NCBI GenBank assembly: GCA_963830915.1
Contig: CAWHOE010000049.1
Location: forward strand, 1-64,000
Length of the DNA stretch: 64,000 bases
Origin: a candidate division FCPU426 bacterium
GTDB taxonomy: Bacteria > Oederibacteriota > Muellerivitia > Muellerivitales > Muellerivitaceae
Direction: 5' to 3'
Shown here: one piece after another, positions 49,848-59,888 of the stretch
Layout: each line of letters begins with the position of its first letter
Position numbering within the stretch: position 1 is the stretch's first letter
The notes under the pieces: generated by a model
Seen by the model: only the letters and a program-made list of their open reading frames with translations
What the model was told of the DNA's origin: nothing
The model's database searches: none
Program-made: the position numbers and the translations under genes

Positions 49848-50599
49848 ATTTCTTTAGGATTTAATTTAAATTCTTTAACGCTTTTGAGATATATCAAAAG
49901 AAGAGCTATAGGAAAAATTGTTGCGGATATATCGAAAAGACCATCACAGAAACCGAGTGTCCAAGGTATTAAAAATTTTAAATGCATGAAATAAAACGAT
50001 AAATTTATCGCGGTAGAAATAATGGTATAGAAAATAATTTGGATTAAGAAAATAGAAATCAAAGAAAAAAAGATGAGCCGGCGATTTCCAATGGTTAATT
50101 CGCGGCTTCGACGAAGTACTTTCGATTGGGTTTCTTCCTCGAAACAAACGACACAGGAAACTAAAGAATAGGCGATGGCGGCCAAAATTCCTGGGATCAA
50201 AAACATTAAAAGCCCAATAAGAGCAAAGAAAGCCGCAACCAAATATTGCAAACGGAAGATTCTCGCCCATTTATGCAAACCAAAGCGATACGCATCCCAA
50301 ACAGATGGAAAGGTACCATTGCAAAGATATTGGGCGATCCCGAAAATCAGGGCGGAATACAAAAAGGGACTTAATAGACTATGTGACATATTCACGAACC
50401 AAAAAGTATCCTGAAAGCTATCTTGAGGCAAATAAACGGATATAAAAATTCCCAATGGTATATAGAAAAAGAAGGTGATTTTAAAAATGAACCATAAGCT
50501 TTTAAAAAATATTTTTAGAGAAAGTTTGATTAATTCAGAAACGTGGTCAAATTTAGGTATTGGGATTTTCATGCTTATATCGATCGGCAATTTGGTCAT
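49823..50599 (-). CDS. Hypothetical multi-TM membrane protein
   Basis: LIPGIL..YSLV..VV.FEE..VLRRSRELT.G motif typical of a widespread membrane family. Confidence 0.75.
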   Translation of the reverse strand: MTKLPIDISMKIPIPKFDHVSELIKLSLKIFFKSLWFIFKITFFFYIPLGIFISVYLPQDSFQDTFWFVNMSHSLLSPFLYSALIFGIAQYLCNGTFPSVWDAYRFGLHKWARIFRLQYLVAAFFALIGLLMFLIPGILAAIAYSLVSCVVCFEEETQSKVLRRSRELTIGNRRLIFFSLISIFLIQIIFYTIISTAINLSFYFMHLKFLIPWTLGFCDGLFDISATIFPIALLLIYLKSVKEFKLNPKEIWLLRWAP

Positions 50600-50784
50600 G
50601 ATGTGCGGACCTCATATATGGGATGCTTCTTATTCTCCTCGTTATGAGTTTATCCCATTTTGGACTGTTTGAAATCCTTGGTTTCTCATAGGGTTATTGA
50701 GCCAATGGATGAAATTGAAGATTAACAAAGGGATATACCTCTTTTGCATATAATGGGGTGCATCGAAGTTATAAAGGTCCATAT

Positions 50785-51585
50785 ATGAATAAGGTATTCC
50801 TAATTCTCGCCTTATTGCCACCCTGCCTTTGGGCGGATGAGATCGCCATTTCGCTGACGCCTCAAGAACAACCAGACCAATCCCAAATCTATCAAGTCCA
50901 CCGCATCGTTATTGATCCGGCCCATGGCGGGGAAGATCTGGGGGCGGTGAGCGATGACGAGAAAGTCGTCGAAAAGGACGTGAATTTAGCGGTCGCCAAA
51001 AAGATCGCTGATTTATTGAAACAAGATAAAGACCTGGAAGTTCTGATGACCCGTAAGGGTGACGATGAAGTTTCCACCAAAGCCCGCGTGGACCTAGCCA
51101 ATTCCCACAAAGCCGACCTCTTCGTTTCCATCCATTGTGATCAAAGTGATTCTGATTCGGAGAATGGTTCCTCTTCTTATGTTTACAGCAGAAAATCCAA
51201 CATCGGGCCGAAAAAGGTAATAGGGATAAAAGATATAATTGATGATTTACAGCAAAGAAATCGAAAGATACGCAGTTATTATCTCGCGGAACATATTGAT
51301 CAAAGAATTCGTGAACGTTTGAAACAACGTATTAGACGTATTCAACAAGCACCATTCGGAGTTCTAAATCAGGTAGATATGCCCAGCGTTTACATCAATA
51401 TGGCTTTTATATCCAACCCTGATGAAGCTAAAAAGCTTGGAGATCCCCATTGGCGGGATGAGATGGCCAAAGCCATCGCGGATGGGATATTGGCTTACAG
51501 GGATAGGGTTAAAGAAAGCCTGGAAGACAAACAGGCAACACCGACTGGAACGGAAGTTGAGATTCCTGTAGGGTCAGAGAAATAA
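50785..51585 (+). CDS. N-acetylmuramoyl-L-alanine amidase (Amidase_3) homolog with substituted catalytic Glu
   Basis: IVIDPAHGGED, VEKDVNL, FVSIHCD, PSVYINMAFISN. Confidence 0.88.
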   Translation: MNKVFLILALLPPCLWADEIAISLTPQEQPDQSQIYQVHRIVIDPAHGGEDLGAVSDDEKVVEKDVNLAVAKKIADLLKQDKDLEVLMTRKGDDEVSTKARVDLANSHKADLFVSIHCDQSDSDSENGSSSYVYSRKSNIGPKKVIGIKDIIDDLQQRNRKIRSYYLAEHIDQRIRERLKQRIRRIQQAPFGVLNQVDMPSVYINMAFISNPDEAKKLGDPHWRDEMAKAIADGILAYRDRVKESLEDKQATPTGTEVEIPVGSEK

Positions 51586-51643
51586 GAGATGTTTAATATC
51601 TAAATCGAGTAATAGTTTTATTGGGTCTTACGAGGTGTTCTGA

Positions 51644-52906
51644 ATGATGACAAAGAGCAAACTTCTTTTATCTGCCAACCTAATAACCGCCTTATTCATT
51701 ACTTCTACCATTCTTGGCCAAGAGACATTGGAATACAGACATTCGCTCCCGGAAATTGTTACTAAAGATTCGCAACCGACATTCACGTTTCATGGCAAGG
51801 ATTACAAAGGTAATTTGATTTCTTGTTCTGGTAGTGAAATATCAGAAGGCAAATGCTGGAATCCTTCCGAAGAAGATGTGGCGAAATTAGAAAAAGGATT
51901 ACCGAAATATATTCTTTCAAGCATAGAGGTTGAAGGCCTTTCCTCATTTTTACCTAAATATATGCGTTCTTATTCTGGGGTTTACAAAAGCGGTAAAAAA
52001 ATTATCTGCGTTGAATTGTATTATTATTCAGAGCATTGGAAGAAAAAAGAAACCGAAGCTACCCCAGAAATAAATATGCCTTCTTTTTCACTGGATTTTG
52101 ATACCCAATCAGGAAAGTTTTCGGGTTTGAAAGAGGTCACTTATTTTGATGGCTCTATAATCATCCCGGATTCTGCCAGCCGTGTAGAAATCGAGTCAAA
52201 CACTAGCGATTTTGTAACAACTGAAAACCAAACGGGTGTACCGCAATGTTTAGTGAATGGGTTAGACGCTGAGGATATGGGTAATCATTCTGAAGCTGTG
52301 AAATGGTACCAAAAAGGTGTTTCGCTTGGTGATTTGGCTTGTTCGATCGAATTGGCAAAAGCGCTGGAGAGTGGTAGGGAAATTAAAAAAGATGTGGATA
52401 AAGCTTTGGAATTGCGGGAAGGCGCGGCGCAACAAGGTATAGCGATTTTTCCGAGCGAAATTTCCGAATGTTTTAATAAAAGTAATGATTTATATGTCTT
52501 GAATACGCCTTATGACATGGATGACCCGTTTGTTTATTTATCGAAAAAGAATTCGTCAGTAAAAACGAAGTTTTACGAAATCAATCGATGGGTCCAAGTG
52601 GCGTGGTCACCTGATGGAACTCATCTAATGGTGACAGATGGTGACGCAAGCAATGAGACGGATACGCATATATATAAGATCGACAAAAATGGAAAAGCCT
52701 CAAAAGAGAAAGATCCTTTGGACATGATGGATGAAAAAGAGAAAAAGGAATTGGATTCATTCGAGTGTGTTCATTTCTATTTTGAGGGTGTGGAATGGGT
52801 AAATAATGATGAAGTGCTTATAAATCTCAATGGATATGGCGACCATACTGAAGTCGAGCGGATATATGTTTATAGTTTGAAGAATGGATTTACGAGACTT
52901 AAATAG
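51644..52906 (+). CDS. Exported protein with Sel1-like repeats
   Basis: Signal peptide; EAVKWYQKG..GD..LA..G..+KKDVDKALEL..AAQQG. Confidence 0.7.
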   Translation: MMTKSKLLLSANLITALFITSTILGQETLEYRHSLPEIVTKDSQPTFTFHGKDYKGNLISCSGSEISEGKCWNPSEEDVAKLEKGLPKYILSSIEVEGLSSFLPKYMRSYSGVYKSGKKIICVELYYYSEHWKKKETEATPEINMPSFSLDFDTQSGKFSGLKEVTYFDGSIIIPDSASRVEIESNTSDFVTTENQTGVPQCLVNGLDAEDMGNHSEAVKWYQKGVSLGDLACSIELAKALESGREIKKDVDKALELREGAAQQGIAIFPSEISECFNKSNDLYVLNTPYDMDDPFVYLSKKNSSVKTKFYEINRWVQVAWSPDGTHLMVTDGDASNETDTHIYKIDKNGKASKEKDPLDMMDEKEKKELDSFECVHFYFEGVEWVNNDEVLINLNGYGDHTEVERIYVYSLKNGFTRLK

Positions 52907-52961
52907 AGCTTGGTGAGTTTCTATTTTTTTCCTAACCTCTTTATAGGGATAGGTTACGCAT

Positions 52962-53552
52962 ATGCAAACCGCTGATCAACTAGCGATCGACCTTCAGGAA
53001 AACGGCTGGAAACCGAGCGAACAGTTCCCGAACACCGGGAAATGGAGTTTTCTAGAGATGCGTGGTTGGCTATTTTTAGGTGTTGTTTGTGTTGTCCGGG
53101 AAGGCTTGGCCTCGGAAGAAGAAATAAAAAGTATTTTGTCTTATTTAAAAAATCTCATGCCGAATTTCTCTATAAAAACTATGGATCTCGTGATTGTTTT
53201 TGCATAAACCCAATCTTATACCGATCTGTCTAATAGCTTTTTCAGAACGCACTTGATCACCGTGCAAAAAATCATCCAATTCACATCCGAAAAAGTGGTT
53301 GTTTCCAATAAAAGGAGGAATGGATATCTCGATATGGCTCTGGGGGGCATTATTCATAATCACGCTGATAATCGTGAAATAGTACCTATCAAGGAACAAA
53401 AAAAAATAGATGATCAACAAACTTGGAAATTGGTCTTAGGTTGGATTCTCGCTTTTATAGTAATTTTGTATTTCGCCCAACAACTGAAACAACCGAAATC
53501 CATGGTAAATACAACGCAATCAACACCTACCCAGGAAAAGGGAACGAAGTAA
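52962..53552 (+). pseudogene. Two short ORFs (52962-53207, 53253-53552), possibly fragments of one degraded gene
   Basis: Short adjacent same-strand ORFs with no recognisable motifs; the second has a C-terminal TM and abuts the next start. Confidence 0.3.
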
Positions 53553-54184
53553 TGATTCTGACTAAGCCCCAATTCAACCGACTTCTAATTGTGTCTGTTG
53601 TATTTTTGTTAATGCTCACGGGATGTTCTCGTGAAACATATTTCAAGATTTTGGGTTGGCAAAAAGTCACACCGCCGCTGGGAGAAGTTAAGGAAAATCC
53701 TAATTCAGGTAGTGTAAGTGATGTTGTACTGACTTTTCCTCCGGATGAAAGTTTTACTTTGATCGAACGGGGTGGCACATGTTTTCTACAGGGTAAAAAT
53801 TCTGAAGCTGTATCCCTGGTAAAAAAAGGCGTCAAATTAGATCCCGATAATTTATTCATTTTAGAGAGGGCCTGTTCATGTTTGGTGGAATTTGTCTCGA
53901 ACGAACAAAAAGATTATATTTTTCCGTTACTTAATAAAATGAATGCTTTAAATGAACAATCAAAAATGACGGAAACAGCAAAAGCCGATTATTTTGTCGC
54001 TATTGGAAGTATTTATTCGAAGTTGAAAGATTATCCGGATGCCATAAAAGATTACGAGAAAGCTTTAGCATTGCAACCGGATGATATGTATCTGGAAGAT
54101 GATAAAAAATATTATTTAGAACCCGGTTTACATCAGAAATATAAAGATATGTTAAATAATGCAAAACGAGAGCAGATGCCTTGA
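53552..54184 (+). CDS. TPR-containing lipoprotein
   Basis: Lipobox LTGC; AIGSIYSKLKDYPDAIKDYEKALALQPD. Confidence 0.8.
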   Translation: MILTKPQFNRLLIVSVVFLLMLTGCSRETYFKILGWQKVTPPLGEVKENPNSGSVSDVVLTFPPDESFTLIERGGTCFLQGKNSEAVSLVKKGVKLDPDNLFILERACSCLVEFVSNEQKDYIFPLLNKMNALNEQSKMTETAKADYFVAIGSIYSKLKDYPDAIKDYEKALALQPDDMYLEDDKKYYLEPGLHQKYKDMLNNAKREQMP

Positions 54185-54223
54185 GAAAGTTGAATTGAAT
54201 AATCCTGGGGTACCAGGAGGAAG

Positions 54224-54580
54224 GTGCAGATTTTAATGAAGAATGAAAAAAATCATAAAGCTAGAATTTTTATCAGATATTTGAAATTGTTTACGTTCTG
54301 CCTATTGGGCATTTACATTATTACTACGCCAGTGATGATTATGGCCGGAAAAAGCCATGAACCTTTTTTGGAAAATCTTATGAATTTTTTTGGTTTGGTG
54401 GGCAGTGTTTTATTTTTTGTTGGTATGTATAAAATTAACAGAGAGCTTTTAAGCCCCAGGAATAAACGCGCGACTGTCTTAAACATTTTGATATGCACCT
54501 TTTCTATTTTTGTTTTCCTAATTTTTGTAATTTATTTCGGGTTGATTATTAGGCAACTTATTGGGCTCCCGATTTTTTAA
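54224..54580 (+). CDS. Hypothetical membrane protein
   Basis: AGGAGG RBS; three hydrophobic segments. Confidence 0.6.
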   Translation: MQILMKNEKNHKARIFIRYLKLFTFCLLGIYIITTPVMIMAGKSHEPFLENLMNFFGLVGSVLFFVGMYKINRELLSPRNKRATVLNILICTFSIFVFLIFVIYFGLIIRQLIGLPIF

Positions 54581-54660
54581 TTTAATATACTTTTACAACG
54601 TGCGAAAAAAAGATTTAAGTAGGTTTTTAGCGTTATTTAACATCGAAATCGGTCAGACCT

Positions 54661-54690
54661 AAGGGGCGTGCCAGCGGGCACGCCTCTTTT
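54661..54690 (+). terminator. Intrinsic terminator-like hairpin
   Basis: GGCGTGCC-AGCG-GGCACGCC followed by TCTTTT. Confidence 0.6.
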
Positions 54691-54762
54691 GCATATAATG
54701 GTGACCGTTGGGTAGGGTTGATCTTCGATTTTCTATCTTGACGCATATTTGAGGAGCCCTGA

Positions 54763-56931
54763 ATGTATCAATTGGGCGGGTTGATCAAATTTATAGCTCT
54801 GTCCTTCACCTTGTATATCATTTTTGTTTGGCATTGTTCTTATTGGTCCCTGCTCCTCATCCTCCCCCTTTGGTACGTCCTGGCTTTGTTCGACAGCCTG
54901 AAACGGGGGGCCTTGTTCTTCAAAAAGATCGAATGGGAACACGGTCCGTTCGATTATGAAACCTTGCCTCTGCCGGTCCGGGCCTATTTTATCGAGGGCG
55001 AGAAGTTCATCCTTTCCTCCGGTTTTTCCTTCAAGGAAGAGGGCCTCTCCACCGGCGGCACATACACTTTCGGTCGGAGCGAGATCAAAACCGTCATCAG
55101 GCTGTTCGAGAATCCCGCGACCGGGGAATGGGCCACCCAATCCTTCAGTTTCACCTGGAATCCAGGAACCATGCAGTGCCAGTTCATCGGGGCTCGGTGG
55201 CGTTTCATTTCGCTCGTCAAAGACTTGAACTGGGTCACGACGAACGCCCAATTCTTCTTTCCGACAGCGGAAGGGCCGGGGTTTAAAATCCGATACATCG
55301 ATGAATTGGATGCTTCCGTTCTTTTGGGTAAACATCGGGAATGGGTGAAGACCGCCGGTATCGCTCCCTCGGCCATACCGTCCTCCTTCGGGCTGGGTGA
55401 ATACGCCCAGAGATCGCACGATATGGAAATGGAAGTCATTCATAAAACCGGGAATGTTTTTTGGGACCAAAACCTGAACGGCTATCGGTATTCCTTCAAT
55501 AGAACCAGCCGTTACATTGCCGAGTGGTTGGCTCGATATTTGAGGATCATAAAACCCGTGAAGCAAGGGATCGAAGGTCTCCGGCCATTTTTCTGGAGGA
55601 TCCGCCCCAGCCCCGTTAACGATATCCTCCGGTCGACCCCGTCTTCTGAGGCGACCGGACTGCCTTCTTCCGAACAAAAAGTGGTCGCCTTCAAGATCGG
55701 GTTCATGAGTGTTTTCTTTAACCGCCTTTACAGTTCCGCTACGGGTCCTTGGCTGTCCTTTTTCGGTTTCATCATTCTCATACTTGGCATCATGAACTTT
55801 TACGACCTAAAAAGCGATTTTACATTCCTACATTTGATCTATTGCCTCGCGGGCCTGTTCATGGATTTTGTATTGATGGTATTGGTCGTTTCTTTCATCG
55901 CCTTGTTTCTGCCTACCGGCGGACAAAGATATACGGAAAGGTTCGGCAAGAGGCTCATGAAATTCTACGGGGATGTGATCTGTTTTGAATCCCCTCACGG
56001 GGTGACCACTTGCGTTTTGGGTAAATTTCCCGAGGCGCGAAAGGTCGGCAAGAAGTTTTGGGTCAAGATACCGGGGGTGGAAAGTTTCGTATTGAAACCC
56101 TCCCAGTTCGAGGGGGATGGTTACAAGGTTTTCCAGGAGGAAATGGAAAAGAAAAAGCTGGTACGGCCCTTCTTGTTGGCGGCCTTGGCGCCTTGGTTAC
56201 TGATCGCGGCGCTTTTGACCCTGGTCTACGGCCTTTTTGACGTGGAATACATGAAGTATTCCTATCCGAAGACGGTGCAGGGTATCGCCGACAAGAATGA
56301 AGCGGTCTTTGTGGTCTCGCAAGAGGTTTTCCGCACGAAGAGCCTGCGGTTAGGCCGTTGGTGGAGCCCCATCCTGTATTTTTCCACGATGATGGAAGCG
56401 CGAAACATGGACTACGTAAGCAAGCCGAAGGTCGAAGTTTGGGAAGTCGATGGAACCGGGTTTAAAAACTTTCCCGTATCTTTATTGGGAAGAAATATTT
56501 TACACCTCGTTCCCGTGGGTCACGGGGTTTACTTGGTCACCAAAGACTATAATACCGGTATGGATTATGGCCCTGTTTATTTCATCTATCGGGTCAAAAA
56601 GGGGAAAGTGGAATTGGTTTTAGGCAAGGAAGCGAAGGATCTTTTACCTGAAGTTAGTAATGAAGAATTGGTTTTTTCTGCAGGTTGGAAACCCATCGAA
56701 ACGGTCGACCAGGGCGCTAATAACTCGACCTCCATCGAAACAGTTCTTCCGGGGGGATATGTTTATTTTGAAGAGAAGATGCATTTGAAAGCCGAGGATG
56801 GTTGGGAAAACACATTTGGCATCAAGAAAAACAACGGGGTTATTTATTCGGAGAGGAATAGCCCGGATGATTTCATGGATAAAAGAATTCCGATTTCCCG
56901 TGAGGAGTATGAAGAGAGCCTGGGGAAGTAG
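54763..56931 (+). CDS. Hypothetical multi-domain membrane protein
   Basis: 722 aa ORF, GAGGAG RBS, three TM clusters separated by soluble domains. Confidence 0.75.
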   Translation: MYQLGGLIKFIALSFTLYIIFVWHCSYWSLLLILPLWYVLALFDSLKRGALFFKKIEWEHGPFDYETLPLPVRAYFIEGEKFILSSGFSFKEEGLSTGGTYTFGRSEIKTVIRLFENPATGEWATQSFSFTWNPGTMQCQFIGARWRFISLVKDLNWVTTNAQFFFPTAEGPGFKIRYIDELDASVLLGKHREWVKTAGIAPSAIPSSFGLGEYAQRSHDMEMEVIHKTGNVFWDQNLNGYRYSFNRTSRYIAEWLARYLRIIKPVKQGIEGLRPFFWRIRPSPVNDILRSTPSSEATGLPSSEQKVVAFKIGFMSVFFNRLYSSATGPWLSFFGFIILILGIMNFYDLKSDFTFLHLIYCLAGLFMDFVLMVLVVSFIALFLPTGGQRYTERFGKRLMKFYGDVICFESPHGVTTCVLGKFPEARKVGKKFWVKIPGVESFVLKPSQFEGDGYKVFQEEMEKKKLVRPFLLAALAPWLLIAALLTLVYGLFDVEYMKYSYPKTVQGIADKNEAVFVVSQEVFRTKSLRLGRWWSPILYFSTMMEARNMDYVSKPKVEVWEVDGTGFKNFPVSLLGRNILHLVPVGHGVYLVTKDYNTGMDYGPVYFIYRVKKGKVELVLGKEAKDLLPEVSNEELVFSAGWKPIETVDQGANNSTSIETVLPGGYVYFEEKMHLKAEDGWENTFGIKKNNGVIYSERNSPDDFMDKRIPISREEYEESLGK

Positions 56932-57008
56932 TAAGGACAACATTGGTAATTTGAATGGTTAAAAAGGCTTTTATTTGATCTTTGTTGGTTCGTGAGGTGC
57001 TTGTTTTT

Positions 57009-57551
57009 ATGGATCGATTCCAACTTTTAACCACCAACCCGTATGTATATGGTTTGTTTGTGATAATTATCGGAATTGTGGGTACGGTCGGTTTGCTACT
57101 TTTATTTAGGACGATCAAAACACAATTAATCAAAAATAATTATATCCCGCCAAAGGCAGAAGAAAGACCGCCCCTGCTCATTGCTTTCGCGATCAGCTGG
57201 TTTTTCGCTTTTACATTGGGTTGTGTTTTTACTGGCGGACCGCTTGTCGCGATCACAGAAAGAAAATTCGACTTAGATATTTTAAAAGGTTCGGTTTTAA
57301 TGATGGTTCTTCCGCCAATCGGTCTATTTGTAAGCACGTTGTGTGCGTTGTTCATAACCCCACTGGCCGCCTGGGCTCTTAGAACTGGCAGAAAAAACAT
57401 CGTTTTATTCGGCCCTCTTTTATGGCTCTTCCTAGCGTCGTTCATCGTTTGGTCTGAATATATCGATAATGGTTATCTCGCGTTTTTAGGAACCCTATTC
57501 CTAAGCGCGGTAGGCTTAGGACTAATAGGGTTGATACCGCCCAAGAAGTAA
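57009..57551 (+). CDS. Hypothetical membrane protein
   Basis: GAGGTG RBS; ~5 TM segments. Confidence 0.7.
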   Translation: MDRFQLLTTNPYVYGLFVIIIGIVGTVGLLLLFRTIKTQLIKNNYIPPKAEERPPLLIAFAISWFFAFTLGCVFTGGPLVAITERKFDLDILKGSVLMMVLPPIGLFVSTLCALFITPLAAWALRTGRKNIVLFGPLLWLFLASFIVWSEYIDNGYLAFLGTLFLSAVGLGLIGLIPPKK

Positions 57552-57611
57552 TGAATTGATGGGGCAGGCAAAGGGCTTTGGGGCTAAATCAGTTTGTGGA
57601 GAGGTGAGAAA

Positions 57612-57845
57612 TTGATTTGGAGATGGTTATTAGCCCTGTTTTTGCTATTGATCACTCTTTGGTTGGGTAATTTGGCTTTGGGTTATATCTGGGCGGCATC
57701 GTTTTCCGCAAGACCGGATTTCAATCCCAAACCATATCTACATCTTGCGAATTTAACTGTGTGTTTGTTCGGGGCCTTTTTTGTTTCTTTCGTTTTATTG
57801 GTTGTAATGAATGTGAGGGCGCAAATAAAAAAGAGTCGGAATTAA
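57612..57845 (+). CDS. Small 2-TM hypothetical protein
   Basis: GAGGTG RBS before TTG; two hydrophobic segments. Confidence 0.5.
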   Translation: MIWRWLLALFLLLITLWLGNLALGYIWAASFSARPDFNPKPYLHLANLTVCLFGAFFVSFVLLVVMNVRAQIKKSRN

Positions 57846-57897
57846 AATATTAGACCGGGATTAGGTAATTTACTGTTTTCGTTGAGGAGTAGAAACA

Positions 57898-58431
57898 ATG
57901 AATATATTAACCAAAGCAGAAGGTGAAAATTGGCTCCGGGAACACCAACTTCCAACGAACCAAGAAAATTTAACCCAATTTTATAGGAATAAGATTTCTT
58001 ATTTAATTGATAAAGATTCAGGAGTGAAAACCGCACTTTCAAGAAGTCTTTTGGGATTTATCAAAGAGTCATTGGGTGATAACGAGGGCGTATTTTGGAT
58101 AACTGAATGGGGTATATGGCCGAGCAGTGAAAACCAGACTTTATTTTATGCTTATCGGAAAACATTAGGCGAAGAACGGACAATCATTAACGTTCCTTTT
58201 CACGTTTTTAATAAAAATGATCTGGACTCAATGGAGTGTTTGGTAGATTTGGCTTTGTATTTTATTTGGGGCTTCATGCTGATTATTCGTGAGGGGAAAA
58301 CTATCATTCGGGTAAGTCACGATGAGTCCATAGAAGTTTATTCTCAAGAAGACGCCGAATTGACCAAGTATAAAAATTTGTTCGAGGGTTTTGAATTTCC
58401 GAAATTCACGGGATTTAAAAAGGTTCGATAA
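57898..58431 (+). CDS. Hypothetical cytoplasmic protein (orphan immunity-like)
   Basis: GAGGAG RBS; WITEWGIWPSSEN..YRK.LGE.R motif; function not assignable. Confidence 0.7.
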   Translation: MNILTKAEGENWLREHQLPTNQENLTQFYRNKISYLIDKDSGVKTALSRSLLGFIKESLGDNEGVFWITEWGIWPSSENQTLFYAYRKTLGEERTIINVPFHVFNKNDLDSMECLVDLALYFIWGFMLIIREGKTIIRVSHDESIEVYSQEDAELTKYKNLFEGFEFPKFTGFKKVR

Positions 58432-58523
58432 TAAGGATGGCTTGAAAGGAATTATTGATCCAAGGTTAGGTGATTCTCTGTTTTCGGGTCTGACACCGCC
58501 AATAATTCGGAACAAGGCATGAA

Positions 58524-59015
58524 GTGATGAAAAAAGTAACGAAATTTACCCCGGCCTATTGGTTTGATCTGGCTGTATTGTTCTTCATTATTTGTTATCT
58601 AGTGGTACGCACCGATCTGCAAGATTACGGGAAGATTTTATCGTTATGGATATTATTAATACTGATCTATTTTATTGGCGCATTGAAGATCCTTCTGTTC
58701 AAGGATTTTAAATCTCTATCTAATGAAGAATTAAATCCACTGGAGATCACCTTAAAGAAGAGAATATTTTATGGTTTTTTATTTTTAATTTTTCTTTTCG
58801 GGACTTTCATCAGTATTTATTTCACCGTTACATACTATGACCGTGGAATTGACGCGCTTTGGTTTAGGACTCTGAATAGTGGGATAATTTCTTTTGTGTT
58901 TAGTATTATTTTCGGTATCAGAGTTTATACCGGTAAAAGGCTTCGAGCCTTTAAATGGTTAAAACCCGAATGGGGTGAAAAGTTAAGGCGTGTTTTGGGG
59001 CTTAAATCCGACTAG
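58524..59015 (+). CDS. Hypothetical 4-TM membrane protein
   Basis: 163 aa, four hydrophobic segments. Confidence 0.65.
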   Translation: MMKKVTKFTPAYWFDLAVLFFIICYLVVRTDLQDYGKILSLWILLILIYFIGALKILLFKDFKSLSNEELNPLEITLKKRIFYGFLFLIFLFGTFISIYFTVTYYDRGIDALWFRTLNSGIISFVFSIIFGIRVYTGKRLRAFKWLKPEWGEKLRRVLGLKSD

Positions 59016-59087
59016 ATATTGCATGGATGTTTCGTTTAATTTAAAAGTAGGCTGTAATGCTGTCAGCGTTGCTTACAATGGGGAGCC

Positions 59088-59879
59088 ATGAATATCCGCG
59101 AACTAATTAGAGCCATCGGCGCGTACGCCATCTATTTCATCGACGAGATGGGCCAGATGGTCTATCTGACGGTGCGCATCAACCTCTGGATGTTCCGGAA
59201 GCCCTTCGACGGCAAGCTCATCTTCCAACAAATGGTCCGGGTGGGGGTGGAATCCATCCCCGTGGCCATGACCACCGCCTTCTTCACCGGCATGGTGGTG
59301 GCCCTGCAATCCGGCTATACCCTGGAAACCAAAATGAAGGGCATCTCCCAATTCCTGGGGGCGGTGGTTAGCCTGTCGCTGGTGCGCGAACTGGGCCCGG
59401 TCTTGACCGCCATGGTAATCGCGGGTCGGATGGGGTCCGCCGTGGCGGCGGAGATAGGCACCATGCAGGTGACCGAGCAGATCGACGCCTTGTCCACCTT
59501 GGCGGCCAACCCGGTTAAGTACCTGGCGGTGCCGAGGTTCCTGGCCTTCACTTTCATGCTGCCCTTCTTGACCATCTTCGCCGACATGACCGGCTGGCTG
59601 GGCGGGCTGATGGTCTGCACGCTGAAGTTCACCCCCTCTACCGTCTATATCGACTCTACCCGGGCCACGCTGGTGACGGGCGACATCATGGGAGGCCTGA
59701 TCAAGGCGGTCGTATTCGGCGCCATCATCGCCGTCGTGTCCTGCCGGCAGGGCTTTTCCACCACCAACGGCGCGGAAGGCGTGGGCCTGTCCACGACCCA
59801 CGCGGTGGTCTATTCCTTCATGTCCATATTGGTCTCGGACTATTTCCTGACCGCCATCCTGACCACCCTGAACATCTAA
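59088..59879 (+). CDS. mlaE: MlaE-family lipid ABC transporter permease
   Basis: VRELGPVLTA..AGRMGSAVAAEIGTMQVTEQIDAL..P..YL.VPR; GAEGVG. Confidence 0.95.
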   Translation: MNIRELIRAIGAYAIYFIDEMGQMVYLTVRINLWMFRKPFDGKLIFQQMVRVGVESIPVAMTTAFFTGMVVALQSGYTLETKMKGISQFLGAVVSLSLVRELGPVLTAMVIAGRMGSAVAAEIGTMQVTEQIDALSTLAANPVKYLAVPRFLAFTFMLPFLTIFADMTGWLGGLMVCTLKFTPSTVYIDSTRATLVTGDIMGGLIKAVVFGAIIAVVSCRQGFSTTNGAEGVGLSTTHAVVYSFMSILVSDYFLTAILTTLNI

Positions 59880-59888
59880 GGACCATCC

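Noticed and set aside
49161..59015. Integron cassette array
   Set aside because: No RYYYAAC..GTTRRRY attC-like palindromes recognised between genes and no integrase; a covariance-model search would settle it.
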